A stretch of DNA of 64,000 bases, taken from the NCBI GenBank assembly GCA_963762145.1, contig CAVXJS010000015.1:96001-160000 (forward strand), in the 5' to 3' direction. A program made the translations under genes and the position numbers. This DNA is from an uncultured Candidatus Rokubacteria bacterium (lineage in GTDB: Bacteria > Methylomirabilota > Methylomirabilia > Rokubacteriales > CSP1-6). Shown piece after piece: positions 38,341 through 52,077 of this stretch; position 1 is the stretch's first letter; the number at the start of each line of letters is the position of its first letter. The notes under the pieces are model-generated. The model worked only from the letters and a program-made list of their open reading frames with translations, made no database searches and was not told where the DNA came from.

Positions 38341-40173
38341 ATGAAGGAGTTCGACAAGAAGGGCAATCCTAGCCGAGAGCCCGCATCCGAAGGGATGAAA
38401 GGCCTCTCGAAATTCCTCCCCATGACCGACTCTAACTACCGGCGACGCCTCACGGAGTACGAGGTCCAGGTCCAGGACCTCCAGGCCTACGTCCGCTCGC
38501 TCGAGACCGAGACCGGGCGGCTGCGCAAGAAGCTGGAGGACGCGCCGAAGGAGTTCATGATCCTGGAGAACAAGCTGCGCGAGGCCAATCGCCAGCTCGT
38601 CCAGGCGTTCAATCAGAACGAGAAGCTCGTCAACGCGCTCTACGAGGCGCGCGAGCAGATCACCTCGCTGAAGGAAGAGGTCGACAAGCTCTGCGCGCCG
38701 CCCTCGACCTACGGGGTCTACCTCTCGGTCAACGAGGACGGCACCGTCAACATCCTGTCGCAGGGCCGCAAGGTGAAGGTCAACCTGCACCCGTCGATCA
38801 AGGCGGAGGACATCAAGCCCGGTCAGGAGCTGATCCTGAACGAGGGTCTCAACGTGGTGGAGACCGCGGGCTACGAGATCCAGGGCGAGGTCGTGATCCT
38901 GAAGGAGCAGCTCGACGCCGAGCGCGCGATCGTCACCCAGCGGGCGGACGAGGACCGCGTCGGCATCATCGCGGACCCGCTGCGCCAGGTGAAGCTCAAG
39001 ATCGGCGACCACCTGCTCATCGACGCCAAGAGCGGCTACCTGCTCGAGAAGCTGCCCAAGAGCGAGGTCGAGGATCTCTCGCTGGAAGAGGTGCCGGACA
39101 TCTCCTACGAGGACATCGGTGGCCTCGGGACCCAGCTCGAGACGATCAAGGACGCGGTCGAGCTGCCGTACCTCTACTCCGAGTACTACAAGGAGCATCA
39201 CCTCGCCCCGCCGAAGGGCGTGCTGCTCTACGGCCCTCCGGGCTGCGGCAAGACCATGATCGCGAAGGCGGTGGCCAACAACCTCGCCGCGCGGATCTCG
39301 GAGAAGCGCGGCGAGAAGGTGAAGGGCTTCTTCCTCAACATCAAGGGCCCCGAGCTGCTCAACAAGTACGTCGGCGAGACCGAGCGGAAGATCCGCGAGA
39401 TCTTCATCAAGGCCCGCGAGAAGGCGGCCGAGGACGTGCCGGTGGTGGTGTTCTTCGACGAGATGGACGCGCTCTTCCGCACCCGCGGCTCGGGCATCTC
39501 CTCGGACGTGGAGACCACGATCGTGCCGCAGCTCCTGGCCGAGATCGACGGCGTCGAGCACCTGAAGAACGTCATCGTGATCGGCGCCTCCAACCGGCAG
39601 GATCTGATCGACCCCGCCATCCTGCGGCCGGGCCGGCTGGACGTGAAGATCAAGATCGAGCGGCCGGACCAGCTGGGGGCAGCCGACATCTTCAACAAGT
39701 ACATGACCACCGAGCTGCCGATCCACGAGTCGGAGATCCGCGAGAGCGCGGGCGACGCGCAGGCGGCGGTGGACCGGATGATCCAGGCCACCATCGAGGA
39801 GATGTACAGCCTCGAGGAGGAGAACCGCTTCCTGGAAGTGACCTACGCCAACGGGGACAAGGAGGTCCTGTACTTCAAGGACTTCTCCTCGGGGGCCATG
39901 ATCGAGTCGGTGGTGCGGCGGGCCAAGAAGCTGGCCCTGAAGCGCTACATCCAGCTCAGCGAGAAGGGCATCAAGGTCGAGGACCTGCTGAACGCGGTGC
40001 GCGAGGAGTTCAAGGAGAACGAGGATCTGCCCAACACGACCAATCCGGACGACTGGGCCAAGATCGCGGGCAAGAAGGGCGAGCGCATCGTCTACGTGAA
40101 GCCGCTCATGGGTGAGACGAAGGAAAAGCAGCGCGCCGTCGAGCGCGTGATCAATACCGGCCAGTACCTGTAG
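38341..40173 (+). CDS. arc: Proteasome-associated ATPase ARC/Mpa
   Basis: N-terminal coiled coil, [57 protein letters not shown]-terminal GQYL docking motif. Confidence 0.97.
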   Translation: MKEFDKKGNPSREPASEGMKGLSKFLPMTDSNYRRRLTEYEVQVQDLQAYVRSLETETGRLRKKLEDAPKEFMILENKLREANRQLVQAFNQNEKLVNALYEAREQITSLKEEVDKLCAPPSTYGVYLSVNEDGTVNILSQGRKVKVNLHPSIKAEDIKPGQELILNEGLNVVETAGYEIQGEVVILKEQLDAERAIVTQRADEDRVGIIADPLRQVKLKIGDHLLIDAKSGYLLEKLPKSEVEDLSLEEVPDISYEDIGGLGTQLETIKDAVELPYLYSEYYKEHHLAPPKGVLLYGPPGCGKTMIAKAVANNLAARISEKRGEKVKGFFLNIKGPELLNKYVGETERKIREIFIKAREKAAEDVPVVVFFDEMDALFRTRGSGISSDVETTIVPQLLAEIDGVEHLKNVIVIGASNRQDLIDPAILRPGRLDVKIKIERPDQLGAADIFNKYMTTELPIHESEIRESAGDAQAAVDRMIQATIEEMYSLEEENRFLEVTYANGDKEVLYFKDFSSGAMIESVVRRAKKLALKRYIQLSEKGIKVEDLLNAVREEFKENEDLPNTTNPDDWAKIAGKKGERIVYVKPLMGETKEKQRAVERVINTGQYL

Positions 40174-40179
40174 GCCCTG

Positions 40180-40222
40180 CGGCGGGGGGGAGCGCTGGGC
40201 TCCCCCCCGCCGTGTGTCTTTC
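40180..40222 (+). terminator. Strong hairpin between arc and dop (partial terminator or mRNA stabiliser)
   Basis: Perfect 14-bp stem CGGCGGGGGGGAGC-gctgg-GCTCCCCCCCGCCG followed by tgtgtctttc. Confidence 0.55.
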
Positions 40223-40257
40223 AACCGCCCAGCGCGATCGAGCATCCGGGGACGTCA

Positions 40258-41757
40258 ATGGCGATTCCGAAAGTAATGGGGATCGAGACCGAGTACGGGA
40301 TCACGGTCAAGAACCAGCCGGACTTCAACCCGATCCTTTCCTCGCTGCTCCTGATCAACTCCTACGAGACCTATCGCTCCTCCCGGATCCGCTGGGACTA
40401 CGAGGCGGAGAGCCCGCTGCGCGACGCGCGCGGCTTCGAGTACATGGAGGACAAGGAGGTCCCGTCGAAGGAGGAGTCGCGCCTCATCAACCTGATCCTC
40501 TCCAACGGCGCACGCTTCTACGTGGATCACGCGCACCCGGAGTACTCCTCCCCGGAGACCACCAACCCGCGCGACTGCGTGATCTGGGACCGGGCGGGCG
40601 AGCGCATCCTGGATCTCTCGCGGACCCGGGCGGAGGCGGTCTCGCCGCCCGAGCAGCGCATCCTGATCTACAAGAACAACACCGACTCCAAGGGCAACTC
40701 CTACGGAACCCACGAGAACTACCTCATGGACCGCAAGGTGCCCTTCGCGCGGATCGTCCAGTACCTGCTCCCCTTCTTCGTGAGCCGCCAGGTCTACACC
40801 GGCGCGGGCAAGGTGGGGGCGGAGAACAACACCGAGTTCTGCGAGTTCCAGATCTCCCAGCGGGCCGACTTCCTGGAGACCGAGGTGGGGCTGGAGACGA
40901 TGCACAGCCGGCCCATCATCAACACCCGGGACGAGCCGCACGCGGATCCCGAGAAGTACCGCCGCCTCCACGTGATCGTGGGCGACGCCAACATGAGCGA
41001 GGTCTCCACCTACCTCAAGTGCGGGACGATGGCGATCGTGCTCAGCATGATCGAGGACGACTTCATCGACCGCGATCTGAGCCTGGACAGCCCGGTGGTC
41101 TCGTACCGGCGCGTCTCCCGCGACCTGGGCTGCCGCGAGACGATGCGGCTCAAGGACGGCCGCAACCTGACCGCGGTCGATCTCCAGCGCGAGTTCCTCG
41201 ACCTGGCCCACCGCTACTACCGCGACCGGGAGCACGAGCCGTGGGTGGAGGACGTGATGGCGCGGTGGGGCTCGGTGCTGGACCGGCTCGCGGTGGATCC
41301 CATGAGCCTCGACCGCGAGCTCGACTGGGTGATCAAGCACCAGCTCATCGAGAACTACCGGGCCAAGCACAGCTGCGAGTGGTCGGACTCGCGGGTGGCC
41401 ATGATCGACCTCCAGTACCACGACATCCGGCCCAGCAAGGGGCTCTACTACAAGCTCGAGGAAGCGGACGCGGTGGAGCGTCTCAGCACCGAGGACGAGG
41501 TGACCAAGGCGATCTACGATCCGCCCAAGGACACCCGGGCCTACTTCCGCGGCATGTGCCTGCAGAAGTACTCCGACGAGGTCGTCTCCGCCTCGTGGGA
41601 CTCGGTGATCTTCGATCTCAAGGAGGGCCCGCTCAAGAAGATCTTCATGCTCGAGCCGCTCCGGGGCACCGAGGCCCACGTGCGCCAGCTCTTCGACGAG
41701 TCGGCCACCGCGGGCGCCCTGCTCAAGAATCTCGGCAAGCCGAGCGGCGACTTCTAG
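40258..41757 (+). CDS. dop: Pup deamidase/depupylase Dop
   Basis: VMGIETEYGI, LSNGARFYVDHAHPEYSSPE, YKNNTDSKGNSYGTHENYL, PPKDTRAYFRG, ASWDSVIFD. Confidence 0.95.
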   Translation: MAIPKVMGIETEYGITVKNQPDFNPILSSLLLINSYETYRSSRIRWDYEAESPLRDARGFEYMEDKEVPSKEESRLINLILSNGARFYVDHAHPEYSSPETTNPRDCVIWDRAGERILDLSRTRAEAVSPPEQRILIYKNNTDSKGNSYGTHENYLMDRKVPFARIVQYLLPFFVSRQVYTGAGKVGAENNTEFCEFQISQRADFLETEVGLETMHSRPIINTRDEPHADPEKYRRLHVIVGDANMSEVSTYLKCGTMAIVLSMIEDDFIDRDLSLDSPVVSYRRVSRDLGCRETMRLKDGRNLTAVDLQREFLDLAHRYYRDREHEPWVEDVMARWGSVLDRLAVDPMSLDRELDWVIKHQLIENYRAKHSCEWSDSRVAMIDLQYHDIRPSKGLYYKLEEADAVERLSTEDEVTKAIYDPPKDTRAYFRGMCLQKYSDEVVSASWDSVIFDLKEGPLKKIFMLEPLRGTEAHVRQLFDESATAGALLKNLGKPSGDF

Positions 41758-41758
41758 G

Positions 41759-42568
41759 ATGCTCGATCCGGAGCGCTGGAAGCAGGCCTTCTTCGACTAC
41801 TCGACCTCGAGCTTCGCCGAGATCCTGCACCGTGCCGCGCCCCACCTGCTGCCCGGCCGCGCCGAGGGCGGGTCGGACGAGGGGAGCGTGCCCTCGGTGC
41901 CGCACGGCACCACGGTGCTGGCCCTGCGCTACCGCGACGGGGTGATCATGGCGGGCGACCGGCAGGCCAGCGAGGGCTACCAGGTGGCCCATCGCCGCAT
42001 CGAGAAGATCTTCAAGTCCGATGACCTCTCCGGCGTCGGCATCGCGGGCGCGGCCGGGCCCGCCATGGAGATGGCCCGCCTGTTCCAGACCGAGCTCGAG
42101 CACTACGAGAAGGTCGAGGGCGAGAACCTCTCGCTGGACGGCAAGGCCAACAAGCTCGGGCAGATGATCCGCATGAATCTGCCCATGGCGATGCAGGGCC
42201 TCGTGGTGGTGCCGATCTTCGCGGGCTTCGACGAGCGGGCCGGCGTGGGGCGGCTGTTCAAGTACGACGTCACCGGGGGCCGCTACGAGGAGACCGACTA
42301 CTTCGCCCAGGGCTCGGGCGGCAAGGACGCGCGCGACTCGCTGAAGAAGCGCTTCCGGCGCGACATGAACCGTGAGGAGGCGCTGCGAGTCGCCATCGAG
42401 GCGCTGATCGACGCGGCCGACGAGGATCTCGGCACCGGCGGGCCCGACCTGACGCGCGGCATCCTGCCGTCGGTGAAGACCATCACGCGCTCGGGCTTCG
42501 CGGACGCGCCCGAGGACGAGATCCGGCGCCACTGCGAGGCCGTCCTCAATGACCGCAACCGTCTCTAG
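41759..42568 (+). CDS. prcB: 20S proteasome beta subunit
   Basis: Propeptide with SSFAEIL...APHLLP, processing site PHG|TTVLAL, AGDRQA, GSGG, DAADED.GTGGPD. Confidence 0.96.
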   Translation: MLDPERWKQAFFDYSTSSFAEILHRAAPHLLPGRAEGGSDEGSVPSVPHGTTVLALRYRDGVIMAGDRQASEGYQVAHRRIEKIFKSDDLSGVGIAGAAGPAMEMARLFQTELEHYEKVEGENLSLDGKANKLGQMIRMNLPMAMQGLVVVPIFAGFDERAGVGRLFKYDVTGGRYEETDYFAQGSGGKDARDSLKKRFRRDMNREEALRVAIEALIDAADEDLGTGGPDLTRGILPSVKTITRSGFADAPEDEIRRHCEAVLNDRNRL

Positions 42569-42583
42569 CCCGCGGGGACTCTG

Positions 42584-43276
42584 ATGCCGCTGCCCTACTA
42601 CGTATCGCCCGAGCAGATGATGAAGGACAAGGCGGAGTATGCCCGCAAGGGCATCTCCCGCGGCCGGGCCATCGTCACGATCGAGTACCGGGACGGCATC
42701 CTGCTGGTGGCCGAGAATCCGTCGACCCTGCTGCACAAGATCTCGGAGATCTACGACCGCATCGCCTTCGCGGGCGTGGGCAAGTACAACGAGTTCGAGA
42801 ACATGCGGGTGGCCGGGGTGCGGCACGCCGACGTCAAGGGCTACTCCTACAGCCGCGGCGACGTGAGCGCCAAGTCGCTCGCGAACGCCTACTCGCAGGC
42901 CCTCGGCAACATCTTCACCCAGGACATCAAGCCGTTCGAGATCGAGGTGCTGGTGGTGGAGGTGGGCGACGCCAACGGCACCAAGAACGAGATCTACCAC
43001 ATCCTCTACGACGGCACGATCGAGGACGAGAAGAACTACGCCGCGATGGGCGGCCAGTCCGAGGAGATCCGGCGGTACCTGAAGGACAACTTCCAGGAGA
43101 ACCTCGACGTGGCCGCGGCCTTGAAGCTGGGCGTCCGGGCCCTCATGGTCACCCAGAACAAGACCCTCACCGAGCGAGATCTCGAGGTGGCGGTCCTCGA
43201 CCGCACCAAGGAGCGCCGCAAGTTCCGCCGCATCCCCGCCGAAGCCCTCCACCAGCTCCTCACCGAGACCACCTAG
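42584..43276 (+). CDS. prcA: 20S proteasome alpha subunit
   Basis: PYYVSPEQMMKDKAEYARKGISRGR, LHKISEIYDRIAFAGVGKYNEFE, LEVAVLDR. Confidence 0.96.
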   Translation: MPLPYYVSPEQMMKDKAEYARKGISRGRAIVTIEYRDGILLVAENPSTLLHKISEIYDRIAFAGVGKYNEFENMRVAGVRHADVKGYSYSRGDVSAKSLANAYSQALGNIFTQDIKPFEIEVLVVEVGDANGTKNEIYHILYDGTIEDEKNYAAMGGQSEEIRRYLKDNFQENLDVAAALKLGVRALMVTQNKTLTERDLEVAVLDRTKERRKFRRIPAEALHQLLTETT

Positions 43277-43314
43277 CCCGGCAGTTTGAAGCGACGTCGA
43301 CCTGCTTCGTTCGA

Positions 43315-43381
43315 GCGCCGGCTCCGCCGGCGCAATCCGTCTTTGGGGAGGCTCGGAGGGGGCCGCCGAGGCCCCCTTCGA
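43315..43381. repeat. Double-hairpin REP-like element (TGGGGAG plus hairpin, architecture similar to family 2)
   Basis: GCGCCGG-ctccg-CCGGCGC, then TCGGAGGGGGCC-gccga-GGCCCCCTTCGA; single copy in this window. Confidence 0.5.
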
Positions 43382-43427
43382 ATGTCTATTTGCCCGGCGG
43401 CCACTCCCCTGCTACCCTGAGGGTCAC

Positions 43428-44783
43428 ATGAAGCGCCGGATCTTCGGCCTCGAGAACGAGTACGGTCTCACCTGTACCCTGAACGGTCAGCGCCGCCTGT
43501 CGCCCGACAACGTGGCGCGGTACCTCTTCGAGAAGGTGATCCCGGGCGCCCGCAACGCCAACGTCTTCCTCGAGAACGGGGCGCGGCTCTACCTCGACAC
43601 CGGCTTCCACCCCGAGTACGCCACTCCCGAGTGCGACGACATCACGGATCTGGTGATCCACGACAAGGCGGGCGAGCGCATCGTGGAGGACCTGCTGCAC
43701 CAGGCCGAGAAGCGGCTCCGCGAGGACGGCATCTCCGGCCACATCCTGCTCTTCAAGAACAACACCGACTCCGCGGGCAACTCGTACGGCTGCCACGAGA
43801 ACTACCTGGTCAGCCGTGACGTGTCGTTCCAGCGCCTGGCCGAGGGCCTGATCCCGTTCTTCGTGACCCGTCAGATCTTCGCGGGCGCGGGCAAGGTGCT
43901 GCAGACCCCGCGGGGCTTCCACTACTGCCTCTCGCAGCGGGCCCAGCACATCTGCCAGGAGATCTCGGGCGCGACCACCTCGTCCCGGTCCATCATCAAC
44001 ACCCGCGACGAGCCCCACGCCGACGCCGAGAAATACCGCCGCCTGCACGTCATCGTGGGCGACTCCAACATGTCCGAGGTCGCGACCTATCTGAAGGTGG
44101 GCACCACCGCGCTGATCCTGGACATGATCGAGGACGGCCACTTCGACCGGGACTACAGCCTGCAGTCGCCGGTCCAGGCCATCCGGGACATCAGCCACGA
44201 CCCGACGCTGCGCGAGACGATCCGCCTGAAGGACGGGCGGGCCATCACCCCGCTCCAGCTGCAGATGGAGTACCTCGAGCACGCGACCCGCTACGTGCAG
44301 GCCATCGACGCGGACCCGGTCACCCGGGACGTGCTCGCGCGCTGGACCTACGTGATCGAGCAGCTGGCCGACGACCCCATGCAGCTCAATCGTGAGGTCG
44401 ACTGGGTGATCAAGCAGCAGCTCATCCAGGCTTACATGGAGAAGAACCGCCTGTCCTGGCGCGACCCCAAGGTCTCGCTCATGGACCTGCAGTACCACGA
44501 CATCCGGCCCGACAAGGGCCTCTACTTCAGTCTGGTACGCCGCGACCTGGTGGACCGCATCACCGACGATGAGTCCATCGAGCGCGCCAAGCACATGCCC
44601 CCGCAGACCACACGGGCCCGGCTGCGGGGCGAATTCATCCGCCAGGCCAACCTCAAGGGCAAGGACTACCGGGTGGACTGGGTCTATCTCAAGCTCAACG
44701 ATCCGGAGCGCGAGACCATTCTCTGCAAGGACCCATTCCAGAGCCACGACGAGCGCGTCGAGCGACTGATTCGCTCGTTCTAG
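43428..44783 (+). CDS. pafA: Pup--protein ligase PafA
   Basis: [83 protein letters not shown]. Confidence 0.96.
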   Translation: MKRRIFGLENEYGLTCTLNGQRRLSPDNVARYLFEKVIPGARNANVFLENGARLYLDTGFHPEYATPECDDITDLVIHDKAGERIVEDLLHQAEKRLREDGISGHILLFKNNTDSAGNSYGCHENYLVSRDVSFQRLAEGLIPFFVTRQIFAGAGKVLQTPRGFHYCLSQRAQHICQEISGATTSSRSIINTRDEPHADAEKYRRLHVIVGDSNMSEVATYLKVGTTALILDMIEDGHFDRDYSLQSPVQAIRDISHDPTLRETIRLKDGRAITPLQLQMEYLEHATRYVQAIDADPVTRDVLARWTYVIEQLADDPMQLNREVDWVIKQQLIQAYMEKNRLSWRDPKVSLMDLQYHDIRPDKGLYFSLVRRDLVDRITDDESIERAKHMPPQTTRARLRGEFIRQANLKGKDYRVDWVYLKLNDPERETILCKDPFQSHDERVERLIRSF

Positions 44784-44833
44784 ACGACACCGCTCGCGCG
44801 GGTGCCGGCGAGCGGCGCAGGACCAACCAACCG

Positions 44834-47035
44834 ATGCCTCTCACGCCGCTTTCCTCCGACGTCATGGACACCATCGTCGCCGGGCAGCACGGCGACCCGT
44901 TCGCCGTACTGGGCCCGCACCCTGGAGGCGCCGGCACCGTCGGCGTCCGCGTCTTCCTGCCCGCGGCCCGCGCGGCCTCGGTCGTCACGCCCGACGGCGC
45001 GATCACCCCGCTGCGCCGGGCGCATCCGGGCGGCCTCTGGGAGGGCCCGCTGCCGGGCCGGCGCAGCCTCCCCCTGGCCTACCGCCTCCGCCTCGAGGAC
45101 GATCAAGGACGCGTCACCGAGATCGAGGACCCCTACCGGTTCACGCCCACCCTCAGCGGCTACGATCTGCACCTGCTCGGCGAGGGCACGCACTTCCGCC
45201 TGTTCGAGCGGCTCGGGGCCCACCCCCTTCGCCACGAGGACGTGGACGGCGTGCGCTTCGCGGTGTGGGCGCCCAACGCCCGGCGCGTCAGCGTGGTGGG
45301 CGACTGGAACGGCTGGGACGGGCGGACCCAGCCCATGCGCCTGCACCCGGGCAACGGCATCTGGGAGATCTTCCTGCCCGGGGTACCGCTGGGCGCCCGC
45401 TACAAGTACGAGATCGTCGGGCGGGACGGTGGGCTGCTCGCGCTGAAGTCGGACCCGCTGGCCTTCGCCTTCGAGCCGGACGATCCGCGCACCGCCTCCG
45501 CGGTCGTGGACATCAACGGGTTCGCGTGGGGCGACGCGGAGTGGATGGACGAGCGCAAGCGCCGCAACACGCTCCACCGCCCCATGTCGGTCTACGAGGT
45601 GCACCTGGGCTCGTGGCGGCGCCCCGAGCCCGGCACGCTCCCGAGCTACCGGGAGCTGGCCGAGCAGCTCGCCGACTACGTGAGCGAGATGGGCTTCACC
45701 CACGTCGAGCTCATGCCGATCACCGAGCACCCGTACTACGCCTCCTGGGGCTACCAGACCCTCGGCTACTTCGCGCCCACCCGCCGCTACGGCACCCCCG
45801 CCGACTTCATGGCGTTCGTGGACACGCTCCACCGCCGCGGCATCGGGGTGATCATGGACTGGGTCCCGGCCCACTTCCCCAAGGACGCCCACGGGCTCGC
45901 CTTCTTCGACGGCACCCACCTCTACGAGCACGACGATCCGAACCTGCGCGACCACCCCGACTGGGGCACCCGCGTGTTCAACTACGGCCGCCGAGAGGTC
46001 GCCAACTTCCTGATCGCCAACGCGGTGTTCTGGCTCGAGCGCTACCACATCGACGGCCTGCGCGTGGACGCGGTCGCCTCGATGATCTACCGCGACTACT
46101 CGCGGAAGGCGGGCGAGTGGGTCCCCAACGAGTACGGGGGCCGCGAGAACCTGGAGGCGCTCGCCTTCCTGCGGAAGCTGAACGAGGTGGTCTACGGCGG
46201 CCAGCCCGGCGCGTCGACTATCGCGGAGGAATCGACCGCGTGGCCCCAGGTCTCGCGCCCGGTCTACCTCGGCGGGCTCGGCTTCGGCTTCAAGTGGAAC
46301 ATGGGCTGGATGCACGACATCCTCGACTTCATGCAGAACGAGCCGGTGCACCGGAAGTACCACCACAACCAGCTCACCTTCGGTCTCCTCTACGCGTGGA
46401 CCGAGAACTTCGTGCTGCCGCTCTCCCACGACGAGGTGGTCTACGGCAAGCGCTCCCTCGCCCGCAAGATGCCGGGCGACGACTGGCAGCGCTTCGCGAA
46501 CCTGCGCCTGCTCTACGCGTTCATGTGGGCCTATCCCGGGAAGAAGCTCCTCTTCATGGGCGGCGAGTTCGGCCAGTCCGACGAGTGGAGCCACGACCGC
46601 GCCCTGGACTGGTCGCTGCTCGAGATGGGCCCCTACCACCGCGGGGTCCAGCGGCTCGTGCGAGACCTCAATCACGTCTACCGGAGCGAGCCGGCTCTCT
46701 ACGAGGTCGACTTCGACTCGGCGGGCTTCCAGTGGATGGACTGCAGCGACTGGGAGCAGAGCATCGTGGCGTTCTGCCGCTTCTCCCGCGGCCAGGAGCG
46801 CCTGCTGCTCTGCGCGTGCAACTTCACGCCGGTGGCGCGGCGGGGCTATCGGGTCGGCGTCCCCAGGCCCGGCTTCTACCGCGAGGTCATCAATTCCGAC
46901 GCCTCGGTGTACGGGGGCAGCGACGTCGGCAACGGGGGCGGCGTGGCGAGCGAGCCGACGCCGTGGCACGGGCAGCCGCACTCGGTGGTGCTCACCCTGC
47001 CGCCCCTCGCGGCGGTCTGGCTGATCCCGGCCTGA
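44834..47035 (+). CDS. glgB: 1,4-alpha-glucan branching enzyme
   Basis: [53 protein letters not shown]. Confidence 0.97.
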   Translation: MPLTPLSSDVMDTIVAGQHGDPFAVLGPHPGGAGTVGVRVFLPAARAASVVTPDGAITPLRRAHPGGLWEGPLPGRRSLPLAYRLRLEDDQGRVTEIEDPYRFTPTLSGYDLHLLGEGTHFRLFERLGAHPLRHEDVDGVRFAVWAPNARRVSVVGDWNGWDGRTQPMRLHPGNGIWEIFLPGVPLGARYKYEIVGRDGGLLALKSDPLAFAFEPDDPRTASAVVDINGFAWGDAEWMDERKRRNTLHRPMSVYEVHLGSWRRPEPGTLPSYRELAEQLADYVSEMGFTHVELMPITEHPYYASWGYQTLGYFAPTRRYGTPADFMAFVDTLHRRGIGVIMDWVPAHFPKDAHGLAFFDGTHLYEHDDPNLRDHPDWGTRVFNYGRREVANFLIANAVFWLERYHIDGLRVDAVASMIYRDYSRKAGEWVPNEYGGRENLEALAFLRKLNEVVYGGQPGASTIAEESTAWPQVSRPVYLGGLGFGFKWNMGWMHDILDFMQNEPVHRKYHHNQLTFGLLYAWTENFVLPLSHDEVVYGKRSLARKMPGDDWQRFANLRLLYAFMWAYPGKKLLFMGGEFGQSDEWSHDRALDWSLLEMGPYHRGVQRLVRDLNHVYRSEPALYEVDFDSAGFQWMDCSDWEQSIVAFCRFSRGQERLLLCACNFTPVARRGYRVGVPRPGFYREVINSDASVYGGSDVGNGGGVASEPTPWHGQPHSVVLTLPPLAAVWLIPA

Positions 47036-47049
47036 GCCGGCGCCCACCG

Positions 47050-49226
47050 ATGGCCGACGCTCCGCGCACCCGGCCGGGCCGGCCATACCCGCTCGGCGCC
47101 ACCTGGGACGGCGACGGCGTCAACTTCGCCCTCTTCAGCGAGCACGCCACCGCGGTGGCGCTCTGCCTCTTCGACGAGCGCGATCCGGGCAAGGAGCTCC
47201 GCCAGATCCGGCTCGAGGAGCGCACCGATCAGGTCTGGCACACCTACGTTCCGGGCATCCGGCCGGGCGCGCTCTACGCGTACCGGGTGAACGGGTCGTA
47301 CGAGCCCGCTCAGGGGCACCGCTTCAACCCGGCCAAGGCGCTGCTCGATCCGTACGCGAAGGCGATCGCGGGCACGCTCGAGTGGCAGGACGCCTTCCTC
47401 GGCTACCGCATCGGCGACCCGGCGGGGGACGTCACGCCGCACGATCGCGACAGCGGGCCGTACCTGCCCAAGAGCGTGGTGGTGGACGGGACCTTCGACT
47501 GGGAAGGCGACCGGCCGCCGCTCACCCGCTGGTCGCGCACCATCATCTACGAGGTCCACGTCAAAGGCTTCACCCGACTCCATCCCGACGTGCCGCCCGA
47601 GCTTCGCGGCACCTACGCGGGCCTCTCGTGCGACGCGGCGGTGCGGCACCTCACCGAGCTGGGCGTCACCGCGGTCGAGCTGCTGCCCATCCACCACTCG
47701 GTCACCGAGAAGTACCAGGCCGATCGCGGGTTCACGAACTACTGGGGCTACAACTCGATCGGCTTCTTCGCCCCCGACTCGCGCTTCTCCTCCTCGGGCC
47801 AGCGGGGCCAGCAGGTGGACGAGTTCAAGACGATGGTGAAGCGGCTGCACCGGGCGGGCATCGAGGTCATCCTCGACGTGGTGTACAACCACACCGCGGA
47901 GGGCAACCACCTAGGGCCGACGCTCTGCTTCCGCGGCATCGACAACGACGCGTACTATCGCCTCTCGCCCGAGGATCCGCGCTTCTACGTCGACTACACC
48001 GGGACCGGTAACACGCTGAACATGCGGCACCCGCGCACGATCCAGCTCATGATGGACAGCCTGCGCTACTGGGTGCTCGAGATGCACGTGGACGGCTTCC
48101 GCTTCGACCTCGCGGCCGCGCTGGCCCGCGAGCTGCACGACGTGGACCGGCTCTCCGCCTTCTTCGACGTCATCCACCAGGATCCGGTGATCTCGCAGGT
48201 CAAGCTCATCGCCGAGCCGTGGGACTTCGGCGAGGGCGGTTACCAGGTGGGCAACTTCCCGGTGGGCTGGGCGGAGTGGAACGGCAAGTACCGCGACACG
48301 ATCCGCCGCTACTGGAAGGGCGACGAGGGGCAGGTCGCGGAGATGGCCTACCGCCTCACCGGCTCGAGCGATCTCTACGAGATGGGCGGGCGCCGGCCCC
48401 ACGCGAGCGTCAACTTCATCACCGCCCACGACGGCTTCACCCTGGCCGACCTCGTCTCCTACAACGACAAGCACAACCTCGCGAACGGCGAGAACAATCG
48501 GGACGGCACCGACGACAACAGCTCCTGGAACTGCGGCGTCGAGGGTCCCACCGACGACCCCAAGATCGTCGCGCTCCGCGAGCGGCAGGCAGCGCAACTT
48601 CCTGGCCACCCTCTTCCTGTCCCAGGGCATCCCGATGCTGCTGGGCGGCGACGAGATGGGCCGCACCCAGCGCGGCAACAACAACGCCTATTGCCAGGAC
48701 ACCGAGCTGTCGTGGTTCCACTGGCCGCCCACCGAGACCGGGCGGCGCCTCATCGAGTTCACCCAACGCCTCATCCGGCTCAAGAAGGCCAACCCGGTCT
48801 TCCACCGGCGCATGTTCTTCCAGGGCCGTCGGATCCAGGGCTCGGCGGTGAAGGACCTGGCCTGGTTCCGCCCCGACGGCCAGGAGATGACCGACGAGGA
48901 GTGGCAGAACAGCTTGAGCCGCTGCCTCGGGCTCCGGCTGGCCGGCGACGCCATCGAGGAGGTGGACGACCTGGGCGAGCCCATCGTCGGCGACACCTTC
49001 CTGATCCTGCTCAACGCCCACCACGAGCCGGTGCCCTTCGTGCTGCCCGCCCACGCGACGCGCGTGCACCTGGGAGCCCGTGCTCGACACGCGCGACTGG
49101 GACGGCGACGCCGATCGCCCATCCCTCCGCACCGGCGAGCAGTACATGCTCGAGGGCCGCTCCGTCGCGGTCCTGCGCCTGCGGCCACCCACGCGCCCCG
49201 CTCGCGAGCCTGCCCAAGGAGCCTGA
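47050..49226 (+). CDS. glgX: Glycogen debranching enzyme; frameshifts near 48590 and 49070
   Basis: [59 protein letters not shown], and [19 protein letters not shown] in the next frame. Confidence 0.93.
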
Positions 49227-50500
<1,274 letters not shown>

Positions 50501-51387
50501 CCGACGCGGCGGCGGCCGGCGCCGCCTCGATCGAGGGCCGGCGCAGGGCCCACCGGATCCCCGCCGCGGCCACCAGCACGCCCGCCACGCTCGCGAGCTG
50601 TCCGACCCGGAAGGGGCCGATCCAGAAGCTGTCGAGCCGCAGCGCCTCGATGAAGAACCGGCCCACCGAGTACAGCCCGATGTAGCTGAAGAAGACCGCT
50701 CCGGGATACCGACCGACTCGCGGGCGGATCCAGCGCACCAGCAGCGCGAACACCACCAGGTTCCACAGCGATTCGTAGAGGAACGTGGGGTGGAAGAAGT
50801 CGAGCTGCCGGAACTCCATCGGCCGGTGGCTCGGTGAGATGTAGAGCTTCCACGGCAGATCGGTGGGCGCCCCGAAGGCTTCCTCGTTGAAGAAGTTCCC
50901 CCAGCGTCCGATCGCCTGGCCCAGGACCATGCTGGGCGCGATGACGTCGAGCGCGCGAAGCACCGGCACGCCCCACCGCCGCGCGAGCCACGCGCCGACG
51001 AGCGGGCCCACGATGATGCCGCCGTGCATCGCGAGCCCGCCCTCCCAGACCGCGACGATCTTCGCCGGATACCGGCCGTAGTAGTCCCAGTTGAAGGCCA
51101 CCTCGTAGAGGCGCGCGCCGACCAGGCCCGCGACGACCCCCCACTGCGCGGCCCGCACGAGCTGGTCGGCCGGCAAGCCCTCCTGGACCGCGCGCCGGTG
51201 AGCGAGCCAGAAGCCCACCAGGATCGCGGCGGCCATGAGGACGCCGTACCAGCGGATCTGGAGCACGCCGAAGTCGAGCGCGATGGCGCCGGGAGAGGCG
51301 AACACGCCCAGCACGATACCACGGCCTCGGCGCCATTGACGCCACGTGCGATCGTCCCTAGACTCGGCGCACCCGAGAGGAGATCCC

Positions 51388-52077
51388 ATGCATCCGGTTC
51401 ACCGCCGCACGTGTGGCGGCCCATCGATCTACACGCCGGCGGCCGCGCTCACCGTCCTGACCCTGGTCATCGTGGCGGCGGTGACGATCGTGGACTCCGA
51501 GCTCGCCGCCCGGCTGATGCGCGAGAACGGCCCGATCGAGTGGCTCCAGGTCATTCTGTTGGTCGGGACGGCGCTGATCACGGCGAGGCTCGCCACGATC
51601 GAGTGGGCGGAAGGTCGAAGCGGCGCGCCCGACCTCTTGCTCACCACGGGCTTCGCGCTCCTCGCGTTCTGCGAGATGGAGCTACCCCGGCGCATTCTCG
51701 GGAAGTCGACCAAGATCGCCCGCCTGGCCCGCGAGGTGGCGGCGGGCATGCCGCGCGAGACCGTGATCGTCCTGCTCGTGGCCGGAGTCGCGGTGGCCCT
51801 GGGCGTCTACGCCTTCCGCTATCGCGCCGACATCGTCATCTGGGGATGGTCCGTGCTGGAGACCGCGTGGGGCCGGCTGTTCCTCCTGGGCATCTCCCTC
51901 CTCGTCCTCACCGAGCTCTTCGAGCGATCGCTCAACCAGATGGCGGGGGCAGGCCTTCCGAAGCCGCTGCTGGAAGAATCACTCGAGCTGCTGGCCGCCC
52001 TCTACTGCTTTCTCGCCATGATGCGACGGCGTGCGGTCAGTGGCTCACCTGGCGGCCGGGTTCAGGGCTACCGGTAG
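51388..52077 (+). CDS. Hypothetical multi-pass membrane protein
   Basis: About 6 hydrophobic segments, ENGPIEWLQ and EESLELL motifs; SD gaggag. Confidence 0.65.
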   Translation: MHPVHRRTCGGPSIYTPAAALTVLTLVIVAAVTIVDSELAARLMRENGPIEWLQVILLVGTALITARLATIEWAEGRSGAPDLLLTTGFALLAFCEMELPRRILGKSTKIARLAREVAAGMPRETVIVLLVAGVAVALGVYAFRYRADIVIWGWSVLETAWGRLFLLGISLLVLTELFERSLNQMAGAGLPKPLLEESLELLAALYCFLAMMRRRAVSGSPGGRVQGYR

